Part shown: positions 25,701 through 37,100 of the stretch, in pieces
Layout: the number at the start of each line of letters is the position of its first letter
Position numbering within the stretch: the stretch's first letter is position 1
Source: Chrysomallon squamiferum
Taxonomy: Eukaryota > Animalia > Mollusca
Length of the DNA stretch: 64,000 bases
Direction of reading: 5' to 3'
Assembly (NCBI GenBank): GCA_012295275.1
Contig: CM022672.1
Location: 12,214,001-12,278,000 of the forward strand
The notes under the pieces: model-generated
The model's input: the letters and a program-made list of their open reading frames with translations, nothing else
Told to the model about the DNA's origin: nothing
Databases searched by the model: none
Position numbers and translations under genes: made by a program

Positions 25701-28641
25701 TTTAGTTCTGTTGTTTTGAAGAATTAAAGAATATGAATTCATTATTTAAAAGAATCATTAAATATGGTTCTTGTTTTGTTTAACTATATTTTATTTCTGA
25801 TTATAATTTATTTACATACAAAGTTTGGTTCTTTTGTTTCAAAAAATTAAAAATGATAAATTAATGCTTAACACAATCATTCAAGATATAGCTCTGTTGT
25901 TTTGCTATCTTATTTTTGCATCCTTTTTTTTTTTTTTTTCATGTAATTTAGTTTAAAAAAAAAAAAATTATTTTCTATTTTTTTAAATTCATTTTTATTA
26001 CAGATGTTTTTTCTTACAGGTTTGGATATTGTGCTAAAAGCTGTCAGTCAAACTGATCGTTTTTCTAAGATTTACAAACTGTCTGTTCAGGTACTGCGAA
26101 ACTTTGTGTCAACAGCAGGTGTTCATATTTCACTTCAAGACACTGCAGTTACCGATAGATATTCACTACATACTGGGTAATATTAGTTATATTATAAACT
26201 TAATATATATTTTTTTTAATAGTTATCTCATAAAAAAATTAACAAGCTTGTTAGAGATAGGGTTAGTGATTGGTATGTTGATTATGAGTGATTGGAGAAA
26301 GAGCCTAGAGTAGATGTATATTTTATAATGGAACCCTATGTAAAATGGATATTGGTGTGAGATGTTTGTGAGATACAGAGAGATATTTAACAACTGTTAG
26401 TATTAAAATATGTAGAGTTGTCATTAAATTAATTTTCATTCAGTTTGTTATTAAAATGAATTGAGTTTTTAATAAACTAATATTCATCAGCTCATCAAGC
26501 CTTTGGAGTTTAGTGGGAAGTTCTTGATTTTAATTACACTGTAAATTGAGATATACATATTTATTTTATAAATATACTGAACATTTCCACAACATACATT
26601 TTATACATTAAAAAATCTTAGTATATTTCCGTCAGGTCAAATGGAATTCCGTCATGATACAACATCTTTCTACATACTAATTACTGTACTAGTTCAAGCA
26701 CAAACTAATTTGGTTTTCTTTTCTTTTTCCCAGGGAAACAATGAATGATGCCACAAGAAGTAATACTGCTATTTCAGTCAGTTTATGTTTTCGTATATAA
26801 TATAATTTTAAATGTTTTTTTTTCATTTTTTTTTCAATAAAATATAAAAATTTGAAGAAACAGTGATTTTTATTGTGATATTAATTAAATCAGATAATGT
26901 TATATTTCTGATTTTTTTTATATATCTCTAATATTATATATATTAATATAAAGATGAATACAAAGGGAGTATTTTGAAGTTCCATGTTACTTAATAGTTA
27001 CTTTTATCAGTTACATATGTTCTTTGTAATATTGTTGTTGTTTTTTTTGTTTTTTTAAATATATGTTACAAACTGTTTTAATAACTAATGCAGCCTGTTG
27101 CTTATGGATATGAAGATCATGATGATGGCGGTGATATTGTTGATGATGATGATGTTGATGATGAAATAAGTGGTAAAGACTGCAGGGTTGCAGATACATT
27201 AGGTAATGTTATTTCTGTTGACAATGTAATTTAAAATGAACACGGATTCTTATTGGTTATTTTCTACAATCATTTCCTGTGAACATAATCAAATGTAGAG
27301 GCATGTACAAACACATAAAAATATATACCTACACAAAGGCATATACAGCCACACAAAAATGTACACACACACAGACAGTCATATACACAAAGACATAAAT
27401 ACAATCATACCTACATATAAATTGCATTCAGAAGATTATATTAATTTTTGATTATTTTTAAATCAGTATCAGTAAATACTACCAAAAATTAGTTCTGAAA
27501 ACTTTAATATAACTTTCTAACAACAAGTGTTTTCTTAACACATGCACACACATACACACATATTTAAAAAAAAAAATGTTGACCTATAACAACAAATACT
27601 TTTGTAAGAAATAGCATTAGTCAGTAATAACACTATAGAAAAAGCTTTTGTTCACTTTTTAAAATTGTTATTTTGACTGTTTACCATGTTGTTCCACATG
27701 CATTGAAAACCGATATTTAAAACCGAGTTAATTTGATAGTGTTCAATACCAGTAATATGATTGGCAATCTTTTGCATACTTACATATCCTTGTGGGTTTT
27801 TTGGTAATAATGACAATTTAAAGATCCAGTTGAATTAAAGTCACTGATGCATTGTAATATTGTGTCAGAGAAGTTGTTGAGAGTATGTTTTTTTTTTTTT
27901 CAAATATGATTGGTGGCAACTTGGTGGAATTTGAAAAATTTGTAGTGCTGTGACTGTTACAGTGGCCTGTGTGGACAGGTGATCATTCTGAATAGAAGGA
28001 AATGCTATGGGGGGTGGTGGTGGTTGTATTTGTGGTGGCTGTTATTGGCGGGTGAGAATTCTGAACAGGTTTTGACTTTCATGTGTTTTGTACATACACA
28101 CGCACACACAAATACACATGCACTGGCAGCAAATGTGGATTGATAATAAGGTATCATGGTGTGTTTCATGTTTTGCAGATGTCACTTCTTCATCCATTGT
28201 GCCAGTGAATATATCCAGTCTGTGTGAAGCGCCTGCAGCTTATTATGAATATGGTAACATTTTATTAATTCTTAATTAATGTCAATAATTAACAATTTAT
28301 GAAAATTTATGTAAATTTTTAATATTTTTCCTAATCTTTTATTTTTTTATTTTTTATTTAATTTTTTTTTTAAATTATAGTATATATTAATATTAAATAA
28401 AAAAAACAATAATAATAAACAAATTAATAAATAAATAAATAAAAAATATTTGTTTCAGAAACTGAGGTGCTGTTTTCTGATGATGCTACTCACGAGCTTC
28501 GACCCAATCGTCACCTGTCAGAAATCACAGCTGATTCTGTCCTTAAGATTGTCTGTTCAATGCTGAACAGTGGTAAATTCTCTTTAATACCAAGCAGTTA
28601 TTTCAGTGTTTTATTAAAAGTAATTCTGCTTTGTAGAAAAT

Positions 28642-28676
<35 letters not shown>

Positions 28677-30478
28677 GTATGTATTTATTTCTTGAAGATA
28701 CATAAAGCATTTTAAATATAAATGTAAATCTTAAAAACTGATGGAAACATGTGAATACCACAGGAAATTAATTTAAGTTATAACAGTGCTTAGTAATGTT
28801 TTTATTTTTCTTTGCAATTTATATTTTCATTTACAATGCTTTATGCATCTTTGAAAATTTCTTAACATTAAATCACAATATTTGTTCTGTAAAATTAATT
28901 ATTAAAAAACTAACTAAAAAAAACAACTATAAGCCTTGTCATTATCCAATCAAATTAATAGGCTAAGTGATTAATGGTTAACACTATTTTCATCTATTTT
29001 AGAATATTTATTTGAAAAAAAATGTCTGACTAAAAACTCTTTAACATTTAGTACAGATCTTTACCCTATTAACGTTTAAAAAAAACCCCATTTATTTGGA
29101 CAGGACGAAACTGTACAATCTACTTTGGCGTTGGTAAGGATCAGAAGGTGTATGGCATGCTGCTTACCAGGGAAAACCGAGATGAGTTTCGACTTGGCGT
29201 TGACAGATTGATGACCAGATTGACTCCTCCAGTTCTGTACTTCCAGTATGAACTGGTTTATGTCCCTGTGGTGAAGATCACTGGTGAGGAGAAGTCAAGA
29301 CGTATCACCCCCATAGAAAATTTATTTATTGCAGGTAAGTAAAGATGTTTCTTTTAATATTTTTAATATTTTTTTTATTAAACAGGATTGTAAGAAATTG
29401 ATTGATGCTTGATTCATTTGAAAATTGGTAAAAAAAGAAAAAAAAAAGAAGGAATTTTAGATATTTTTAAAAAGAGTTATGAAAAAAGAAAGAATTGTAA
29501 TAAACTGGATAGATGTTTTAACAGTAAATGTATAACCGATTTCAGTAGATTTTAATTTAATACAAAATTAATGACGGAGAATGTTCTGATGGCTTAAATA
29601 TGTTCTGTTAATAAATTACTTTATAAAGTGTTCTTTATTCACAAAGAGGTGAATATAAACTGTGTAATTTTGTATTTCAAGCATCATAAGTAAAAGTTAA
29701 ATATTACAAAACAGAAAAATAAAATTTGTTTATTATAATCACTTTAGTAATCACTGATAAATTTCTTTTTACTTTGAATATAAAACATAATAAATCAAAA
29801 TTCCTGAAGATAGAAATATACACATACCTTTTCCTATCCATACATTTTTTGTATCTAAAAAACCCCCAAAATTTAAAATTGTATGCATATTTTTATTTTC
29901 CAAATTACAGAAATTCGACTGAATTCAAGTTCCTCCACACTGTATGCTATAGCCTCGACAGAGCAGTGTTTCTACAGGTTTGGCTCAGACACTTCACTTT
30001 TGTCCTGTCAGGTAATTAATTCATTAAACATCATACCAAAATTACTGTTAAATAATTTATTTTATTTATTTCAGACAATTGCTCTTACACCAGTATATTT
30101 AAATTAAAGAATTAAAATGTTATTTTGGTTTATTTCACACTGTTATGATTATTATACTATGTTAATTTCAAAGGATGATGACAAAAAAAAAAAAAAAAAA
30201 ACAAATAAAAACAAACAAATCTGACATACTCAAAAGTATACAAACTTCTGTTCTTTTTTTTTTTCTTTTTTTTAATGTTTCGAGTTCCTACCATAAGAGC
30301 TTCACATTAGTATTTAATTTAAAATTTGGTGATAAAGATTAAATATTTATTTCTCTTCATCTAACATCAAAGAAGTTTTTGTTTCACACAGGAGGTAAGA
30401 CATCTGGCTGTTTTTGCAATGGAGGAAATATACAAAGAAGAAATCCTGGCTTTGAGAAAAGAGTTGTCTTCCCTGTAG
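22756..30478 (+). CDS. Uncharacterised 771-aa protein: ARM/HEAT-like repeats + extended Tudor + ARM-like repeats + acidic linker + Schlafen (AlbA_2, SLFNL1-like) domain + C-terminal coiled coil
   Basis: Exons 22756-23767, 23995-24081, 24381-24542, 25080-25217, 26020-26176, 26734-26776, 27094-27202, 28179-28253, 28459-28572, 29104-29334, 29911-30011, 30392-30478 (TAG); phases all consistent, total 2316 nt. Tudor: IFITEV..FWAQV..GELVVV..CYRARVI..VKVFAFDFGF..VFALP..FPVLASLCVLSGVKP. Schlafen: FSDDATHELR..IVCSMLNSGRNCTIYFGVGKDQKVYGM..RDEFRLGVDRLM..LTPPV..YELVYVPV..FIAEIRL..LY..CFYRFG. Confidence 0.88.
23419..24006 (+). other. Extended Tudor (TDRD-type) domain coding segment, spanning intron 23768-23994
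   Basis: Matches the TDRD eTudor pattern VxIT.V..FW.Q ... G.LV ... YRA.V ... V.F.DFG ... LP ... P.LA..C.L.GV.P. Confidence 0.8.
25585..25905. repeat. Degenerate intronic tandem repeat, period about 123 bp
   Basis: tatgaattcattatt at about 25609 and 25732; tatattttattt..gattataatttat and gttctgttgttttg also recur. Confidence 0.6.
27960..28077 (+). mobile_element. Possible eroded 3' end of a Tc1/mariner-pogo type MITE
   Basis: GC-richer block with gacaggtgatc / ggtggctgttatt subrepeats ending in acaggttttgact, resembling the CAGTCAAACCTGT-type TIR end of invertebrate TcMar MITEs (from memory). No matching 5' TIR found. Confidence 0.3.
28241..30478 (+). other. Schlafen/AlbA_2 domain plus terminal coiled coil coding segment (5 exons)
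   Basis: Collinear with the recalled SLFNL1 pattern [69 protein letters not shown]..coiled coil. Confidence 0.85.
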
Positions 30479-31091
30479 AGGAAATCTTTAGATATATTTT
30501 GGAGGAATAAAAAGATTTTAGCTCAGACATTTATTTCGATATATTTTTCAGACACTTGAAGTTCTTTTTCAAACTGTCTGATAGTCACAAAACTGAAATA
30601 ACAGAATTGACCATTTTTGAAGAAATTAAAAAGAAACTGTTTGTTAATTATTTTAAATAATTTTTTTAGTGTTTTAATGGTTTTTGTTCAGTATTTTAAT
30701 TTTTTTTAATGGTTTGTTGAGACTCATGATAAATCTGAAGTTTTGTGTCTTTCTGAAGAGATTTGTCTCCTCCAACTGATTTTTAATAACTGTTTTTTAA
30801 AAATTTTCCATTTTTATGTTTTTCACATCGAGAATTGAATATTATCTAAAATATTCATACATCTATCAAATACTTCACTGTCAAAAACACGTTTTATGTT
30901 TATTTTGTAATGTTATTTAGAATTATTACTTCCAGTTTGAATTCTGATAAAAAAAAATTATGAAAATCATATAGCTTGTAAACTTGGATTCGTATTCATT
31001 AAAAAAAATATCCATTTCAGGTCTCTTCTACTGACTGTCACTGCAAAGTGTTTTTTTGTTTTTTCATTTCATTTGCTTCATTTTCATATAC

Positions 31092-31560
31092 TTTGCAGTG
31101 GAGGAAATATACAAAGAAGAAATCCTGGCTTTGAGAAAAGAGTTGTCTTCCTTGTAGAGAAAATCTTCGTATATAAATTTTGGAGGAGTAAAAAGATTTT
31201 TCTTCAGTGATTTATTTCTATATATTTTGTAGAGATTTGAAGTTTTTTTTCAAACTCTGTGATGTTCACACACCTAAAATCACAGAAGTGACAATCTTTG
31301 AAGATATCAAAAAGAAGTTGTTAATTATTTTAAATAGTTTTTCTTTCATGTTTTAATAGTTTATGTTCAATATTTTAAATACTTTTTCTTTAATGTTTTA
31401 ATAGTTGTTGTACAATATTTAAATTGTTTTTAATGGTTCGTTGAGATTGAAGATAATTCTGAAGTTTTGTGTCTTTCTGAAGAGATTTGTCTCCTTCAAG
31501 AATTATATAGTTTGTAAACTTGGATTTGTATTCCTTTTTTATATATCTTGTTTCTCTTCT
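31092..31560 (+). repeat. Diverged tandem duplicate of the 3' part of the last exon and 3'UTR of the ARM-Tudor-Schlafen gene
   Basis: tttgca(a/g)tggaggaaatatacaaagaagaaatcctggctttgagaaaagagttgtcttcc occurs at about 30413 and 31092. Downstream UTR blocks are also repeated: ctgaagttttgtgtctttctgaagagatttgtctcc and ttgtaaacttggatt. Confidence 0.9.
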
Positions 31561-32162
31561 TCTTCTTCTTCTTGTTATTATTTCACAGTAATAACAGAAT
31601 GTTAAAACATAATTCTTAAGTTTAAATGTTAACATTTCAAGAAAGGAATCTTCCATTACTATTCATTATGGATTATTATTATTATAATTTGTTTGTTTTT
31701 GATCTTGAAATTCAGGATTTATCAGTGTCATTTAAGAGATATTGATATATCTTTCCCACAGAGAATTCAGAAAATTTATTTTAATACAAATTATTATTAT
31801 TTTTTTGTTAAGTACTTACTTCAGTAATTATACCAGAAACGTTTGTCAAAATTAGTCAATAAAAATGTTCACATTATTCCTGTTTTTTGTTACGATTTTG
31901 CATGCATTTTCTGATTTCCGTTTCTGCTTTGTTTTGTTTTTGCTTACATTTATGTGTGTGTGTGTGTGTGTGTGTGCTCTTGTGGTTTTTATTGTGTTGT
32001 TGTATTTAGGTCTTTCGTTTATTAAGTGCTAAATATATTAATCCTCTTTTAAATATCTTTAAGACGTAAATTCCTTAGCTTTTGTCAATTCTTATCAGTC
32101 ATTATGTAGATGTCTTTTTTTAATAGATAATTATATATTACTACTACTACTACTACTACTAC

Positions 32163-32195
<33 letters not shown>

Positions 32196-32272
32196 CATCA
32201 TTATTATTATAAACCAGATCACAATTCTGTTCGCTCTTCCCATTTCATTTGCATAAATTAACATAAATTAAC

Positions 32273-33049
32273 CTGTCTAAAAAGAACAAGCGGAAGTTCC
32301 GGTGACGTATATACAATGATGCTTGCGTCAATAAAACTGGATCCAGCCTGATAATGGTATGTCACAGCCTTCCAATCACCAATTCCTTTCAACTTCAGCG
32401 TACCGTTGTTTGAGGAAAATGTTTGCCCATCTGCACGGAAGAAAGAAGGGCCGCTGTTCAACCATGTGACATCATTTACCAGAATGCTGTACGATCCATC
32501 CTGGTTTATATTTACCTTCATGTCTCCGTTACCAGACGACAAAGACTAACTGAGAGCTAAAATTAGTTTTAAAAACAAAGACATTCTCCGCAAATCAATT
32601 TTAGTTTCAAGTGTTACTGATGTATATAGTGCCTAGAGTGTTGAGACTTATTCTTCTTGTATTATTACTCCCCCTCACCATTACACACTTGATAGTTCAG
32701 TTTAAAATGATAGTTTTCATATAAAAATAAGCATTAACAATTTATGTTCTAGTTCCTTTGAGTATAATGTCATAAATGCATTTGTTGTTGTTCTTGTTAG
32801 GTGTGATTTGGGTGTTTTATTTTTTCTTGTTTTGTGTGTGTATGCATGTGCACGAATTATTTTCTTAGTGGGTGTGAATAAAAATCCAGTAAAAATAATT
32901 CTTCTTATTATTATTTTTATTATCATAATGAAAGATATGGGTAATGTATCTTTAAAAAAAACAAAAAAACCCCACTAAATATGAAACAGTTACTCACCTA
33001 CAACACAGGTTAGTAATACATTTAATTGACATATTAAAATATTTGCCAT
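32273..33049 (-). pseudogene. Orphan 5' fragment of a secreted, beta-rich (possibly glycoside-hydrolase-associated) invertebrate protein gene with an in-frame stop
   Basis: Exon 33049-32998 (MANILICQLNVLLTCVV, donor gtgagt) spliced to 32556, or an alternative ATG at 32584 (MSLFLKLILALS), read in the same frame into TAG (32548-32546). The frame continues SLSSGNGDMKVNINQDGSYSILVNDVTWLNSGPSFFRADGQTFSS...PLVLFRQ to a donor at 32273. No further exons recognised downstream. Confidence 0.6.
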
Positions 33050-33699
33050 CACGATAAACACTTTGTGTTATACTACAACAGTAAGTAAACTGTAAGATGT
33101 ATTTGACATGTGATGCGTTATCTTGGACATCTGCAGATAACATTTATCAAATTCGGCTATACGATGATAACATGTTAAAAGTTGGTTATGTGTAGATCAT
33201 CGATATTATTATTAGGTTGATGCTATCATTAGAGTACATACTGAAGATCAGCAGGGTTATAAGCCTTTGTGCTTATAAAATATAATTCATTTTCTAGCTG
33301 AATTATTTATTTTTAAAGCATATAAATTCCAGCGCTTATGCTGTTAAGGAAAAGTAGAATCTGATTCAAAATTATGTCATTTAATTGAAAATAATTTCAA
33401 ATCAACATTTTAAGTGATAAGATTTTATCAGTTGTTTATTCTTTGTTGGTGTGTATTACTTTTACCATTCAAGTTATAACGTGAATGGTCGCTTTACATG
33501 CATAATTAAGAAAGAGGCTGTAAGTTATAGTATAACTGTTTCATTTTCACTGGTTGATTTCAAATCAATATCCGATTGTTCACTGAAGACAAAAAAGTAA
33601 GTAATGTTTTAGTCGTTAAAACCATTTTATCTTCATAAACAAACCGTTTAACTTTCTTCTATAAACACTATTTATTCTAAATTGTTATTCATTGTCAGT

Positions 33700-33977
33700 A
33701 ATGCTTGGGACCGGAAGTGTTTCGGATTTTGGAATATAAGGAAATAGCATGTGATTAGAATGTACGTCTAATTATGAATTCCATTTATTTTTACTATAAA
33801 GCTTACACAGATAGTCTGCAGAATTTTTAAAATAATATTTTTAATAATTTTGTGCATAAAATACGGTTTGTATATGCAAAAAAAAAAAAAAAAAAGTCCT
33901 AAGATATTATTATTATTCTAATGCTAGGAAAAGTTTCAGATTTCGGATCTTTTCGGATCAGAGATCCTCAACCTGTA
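33700..33977 (+). mobile_element. Tigger4/MER46-like non-autonomous pogo DNA transposon remnant (5' TIR lost)
   Basis: aatgcttgggaccggaagtgtttcggattttggaata ... ttttaataattttgtgcataaaa ... aaaagtttcagatttcggatcttttcggatcagagatcctcaacctg followed by TA. Matches the recalled Tigger4 subterminal repeats and the ...CTCAACCTG|TA terminus. Confidence 0.7.
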
Positions 33978-34140
33978 TTAGAAAACGCTGGATATTATGC
34001 AAAAAAATGAAAAAAACAAATAAACTAAAAAAGATTTTACGTCTTATAAAATTAAACTAAACTACAATACATAAGCGCTGTTTATGATTATCAATTAAAC
34101 GTCAATGCATCCATAACATATTGCTTTTCATAATTAATTT

Positions 34141-37100
34141 TTTTTTGTGCACGTATTGGAAACGAGCTGTTCCCCATGGGTGGGGCGTGCGGCACTTTTC
34201 ACCCGTGTAGGGCAACCCTTGCCCCACTTTTGGGTATGTGCGCCCGATTTTTCCCACGTGCACAGAAAAAGTTATTGCACTTTGAAAAAGGTACCCCTAG
34301 CATTTTCAACGAAACTTGAAAAAATTCGATTTTCAAAAGTTGAAAATCCGTGTGGCACTATTCCGTGCGGTCGGGAAAAATATTTCAACGTGTGCAAAGG
34401 TGCGCGCCGTCGGGGCGAGTGTGGCAAAATCGTTTCCAACATTTTCCAAAGGTGCTGCACCTTTAGAAAATGCGTTTGAAAAAAAAAACGCAAAAATTTT
34501 CAAAAATATGTGCGTTTTTTGTGCACGTGTCGGAAACGAGTTGTTCCCCTTGGGTGGGGCGTGCGGCACTTTTCACCCGTGTAGGGCAACCCTTGCCCCA
34601 CTTTTGGGTATGTGCGCCCGATTTTTCCCACGTGCACAGAAAAAGTTATTGCACTTTGAAAAAGGTACCCCTAGCATTTTCAACGAAACTTGAAAAAATT
34701 CGATTTTCAAAAGTTGAAAATCCGTGTGGCACTATTCCGTGCGGTCGGGAAAAATATTTCAACGTGTGCAAAAGGTGCGCGCCGTCGGGGCGAGTGTGGC
34801 AAAATCGTTTCCAACATTTTCCAAAGGTGCTGCACCTTTAGAAAATGCGTTTGAAAAAAAAACGAGCAAATTTTCAAAAATATGTGCGTTTTTTGTGCAC
34901 GTGTCGGAAACGAGTTGTTCCCCTTGGGTGGGGCGTGCGGCACTTTTCACCCGTGTAGGGCAACCCTTGCCCCACTTTTGGGTATGTGCGCCCGATTTTT
35001 CCCACGTGCACAGAAAAAGTTATTGCACTTTGAAAAAGGTACCCCTAGCATTTTCAACGAAACTTGAAAAAATTCGATTTTCAAAGTTGAAAATCCGTGT
35101 GGCACTATTCCGTGCGGTCGGGAAAAATATTTCAACGTGTGCAAAAGGTGCGCGCCGTCGGGGCGAGTGTGGCAAAATCGTTTCCAACATTTTCCAAAGG
35201 TGCTGCACCTTTAAAATGCGTTTGAAAAAAAAACGAGCAAATTTTCAAAAATATGTGCGTTTTTTGTGCACGTGTCGGAAACGAGTTGTTCCCCTTGGGT
35301 GGGGCGTGCGGCACTTTTCACCCGTGTAGGGCAACCCTTGCCCCACTTTTGGGTATGTGCGCCCGATTTTTCCCACGTGCACAGAAAAAGTTATTGCACT
35401 TTGAAAAAGGTACCCCTAGCATTTTCAACGAAACTTGAAAAAATTCGATTTTCAAAAGTTGAAAATCCGTGTGGCACTATTCCGTGCGGTCGGGAAAAAT
35501 ATTTCAACGTGTGCAAAAGGTGCGCGCCGTCGGGGCGAGTGTGGCAAAATCGTTTCCAACATTTTCCAAAGGTGCTGCACCTTTAGAAAATGCGTTTGAA
35601 AAAAAAACGAGCAAATTTTCAAAAATATGTGCGTTTTTTGTGCACGTGTCGGAAACGAGTTGTTCCCCTTGGGTGGGGCGTGCGGCACTTTTCACCCGTG
35701 TAGGGCAACCCTTGCCCCCACTTTTTTTGGGTATGTGCGCCCGATTTTTCCCGTGCACAGAAAAAAAAGTTATTGCACTTTGAAAAAGGTACCCCTAGCA
35801 TTTTCAACGAAACTTGAAAAAATTCGATTTTCAAAAGTTGAAAATCCGTGTGGCACTATTCCGTGCGGTCGGGAAAAATATTTCAACGTGTGCAAAAGGT
35901 GCGCGCCGTCGGGGCGAGTGTGGCAAAATCGTTTCCAACATTTTCCAAAGGTGCTGCACCTTTAGAAAATGCGTTTGAAAAAAAAACGAGCAAATTTTCA
36001 AAAATATGTGCGTTTTTTGTGCACGTGTCGGAAACGAGTTGTTCCCCTTGGGTGGGGCGTGCGGCACTTTTCACCCGTGTAGGGCAACCCTTGCCCCACT
36101 TTTGGGTATGTGCGCCCGATTTTTCCCACGTGCACAGAAAAAGTTATTGCACTTTGAAAAAGGTACCCCTAGCATTTTCAACGAAACTTGAAAAAAATTC
36201 GATTTTCAAAAGTTGAAAATCCGTGTGGCACTATTCCGTGCGGTCGGGAAAAATATTTCAACGTGTGCAAAAGGTGCGCGCCGTCGGGGCGAGTGTGGCA
36301 AAATCGTTTCCAACATTTTCCAAAGGTGCTGCACCTTTAGAAAATGCGTTTGAAAAAAAAAGCAAATTTTCAAAAATATGTGCGTTTTTTGTGCACGTGT
36401 CGGAAACGAGTTGTTGTTCCCCTTAGGTGGGGGGCGTGCGGCACTTTTCACCCGTGTAGGGCAACCCTTGCCCCACTTTTGGGTATGTGCGCCCGATTTT
36501 TCCCACGTGCACAGAAAAAGTTATTGCACTTTGAAAAAGGTACCCCTAGCATTTTCAACGAAACTTGAAAAAATTCGATTTTCAAAAGTTGAAAATCCGT
36601 GTGGCACTATTCCGTGCGGTCGGGAAAAATATTTCAACGTGTGCAAAAGGTGCGCGCCGTCGGGGCGAGTGTGGCAAAATCGTTTCCAACATTTTCCAAA
36701 GGTGCTGCACCTTTAGAAAATGCGTTTGAAAAAAAAAACAAATTTTTCAAAATATGTGCGTTTTTGTGCGTGCTCGGAAACGAGTTGTTCCCCTTGGGTG
36801 GGGCGTGCGGCACTTTTCACCCGTGTAGGGCAACCCTTGCCCCACTTTTGGGTATGTGCGCCCGATTTTTCCCACGTGCACAGAAAAAGTTATTGCACTT
36901 TGAAAAAGGTACCCCTAGCATTTTCAACGAAACTTGAAAAAATTCGATTTTCAAAAGTTGAAAATCCGTGTGGCACTATTCCGTGCGGTCGGGAAAAATA
37001 TTTCAACGTGTGCAAAAGGTGCGCGCCGTCGGGGCGAGTGTGGCAAAATCGTTTCCAACATTTTCCAAAGGTGCTGCACCTTTAGAAAATGCGTTTGAAA

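Noticed and set aside
27011-27199. His-rich minus-strand ORF
   Set aside because: Antisense reading of the Asp-rich (GAT)n exon 27094-27202.
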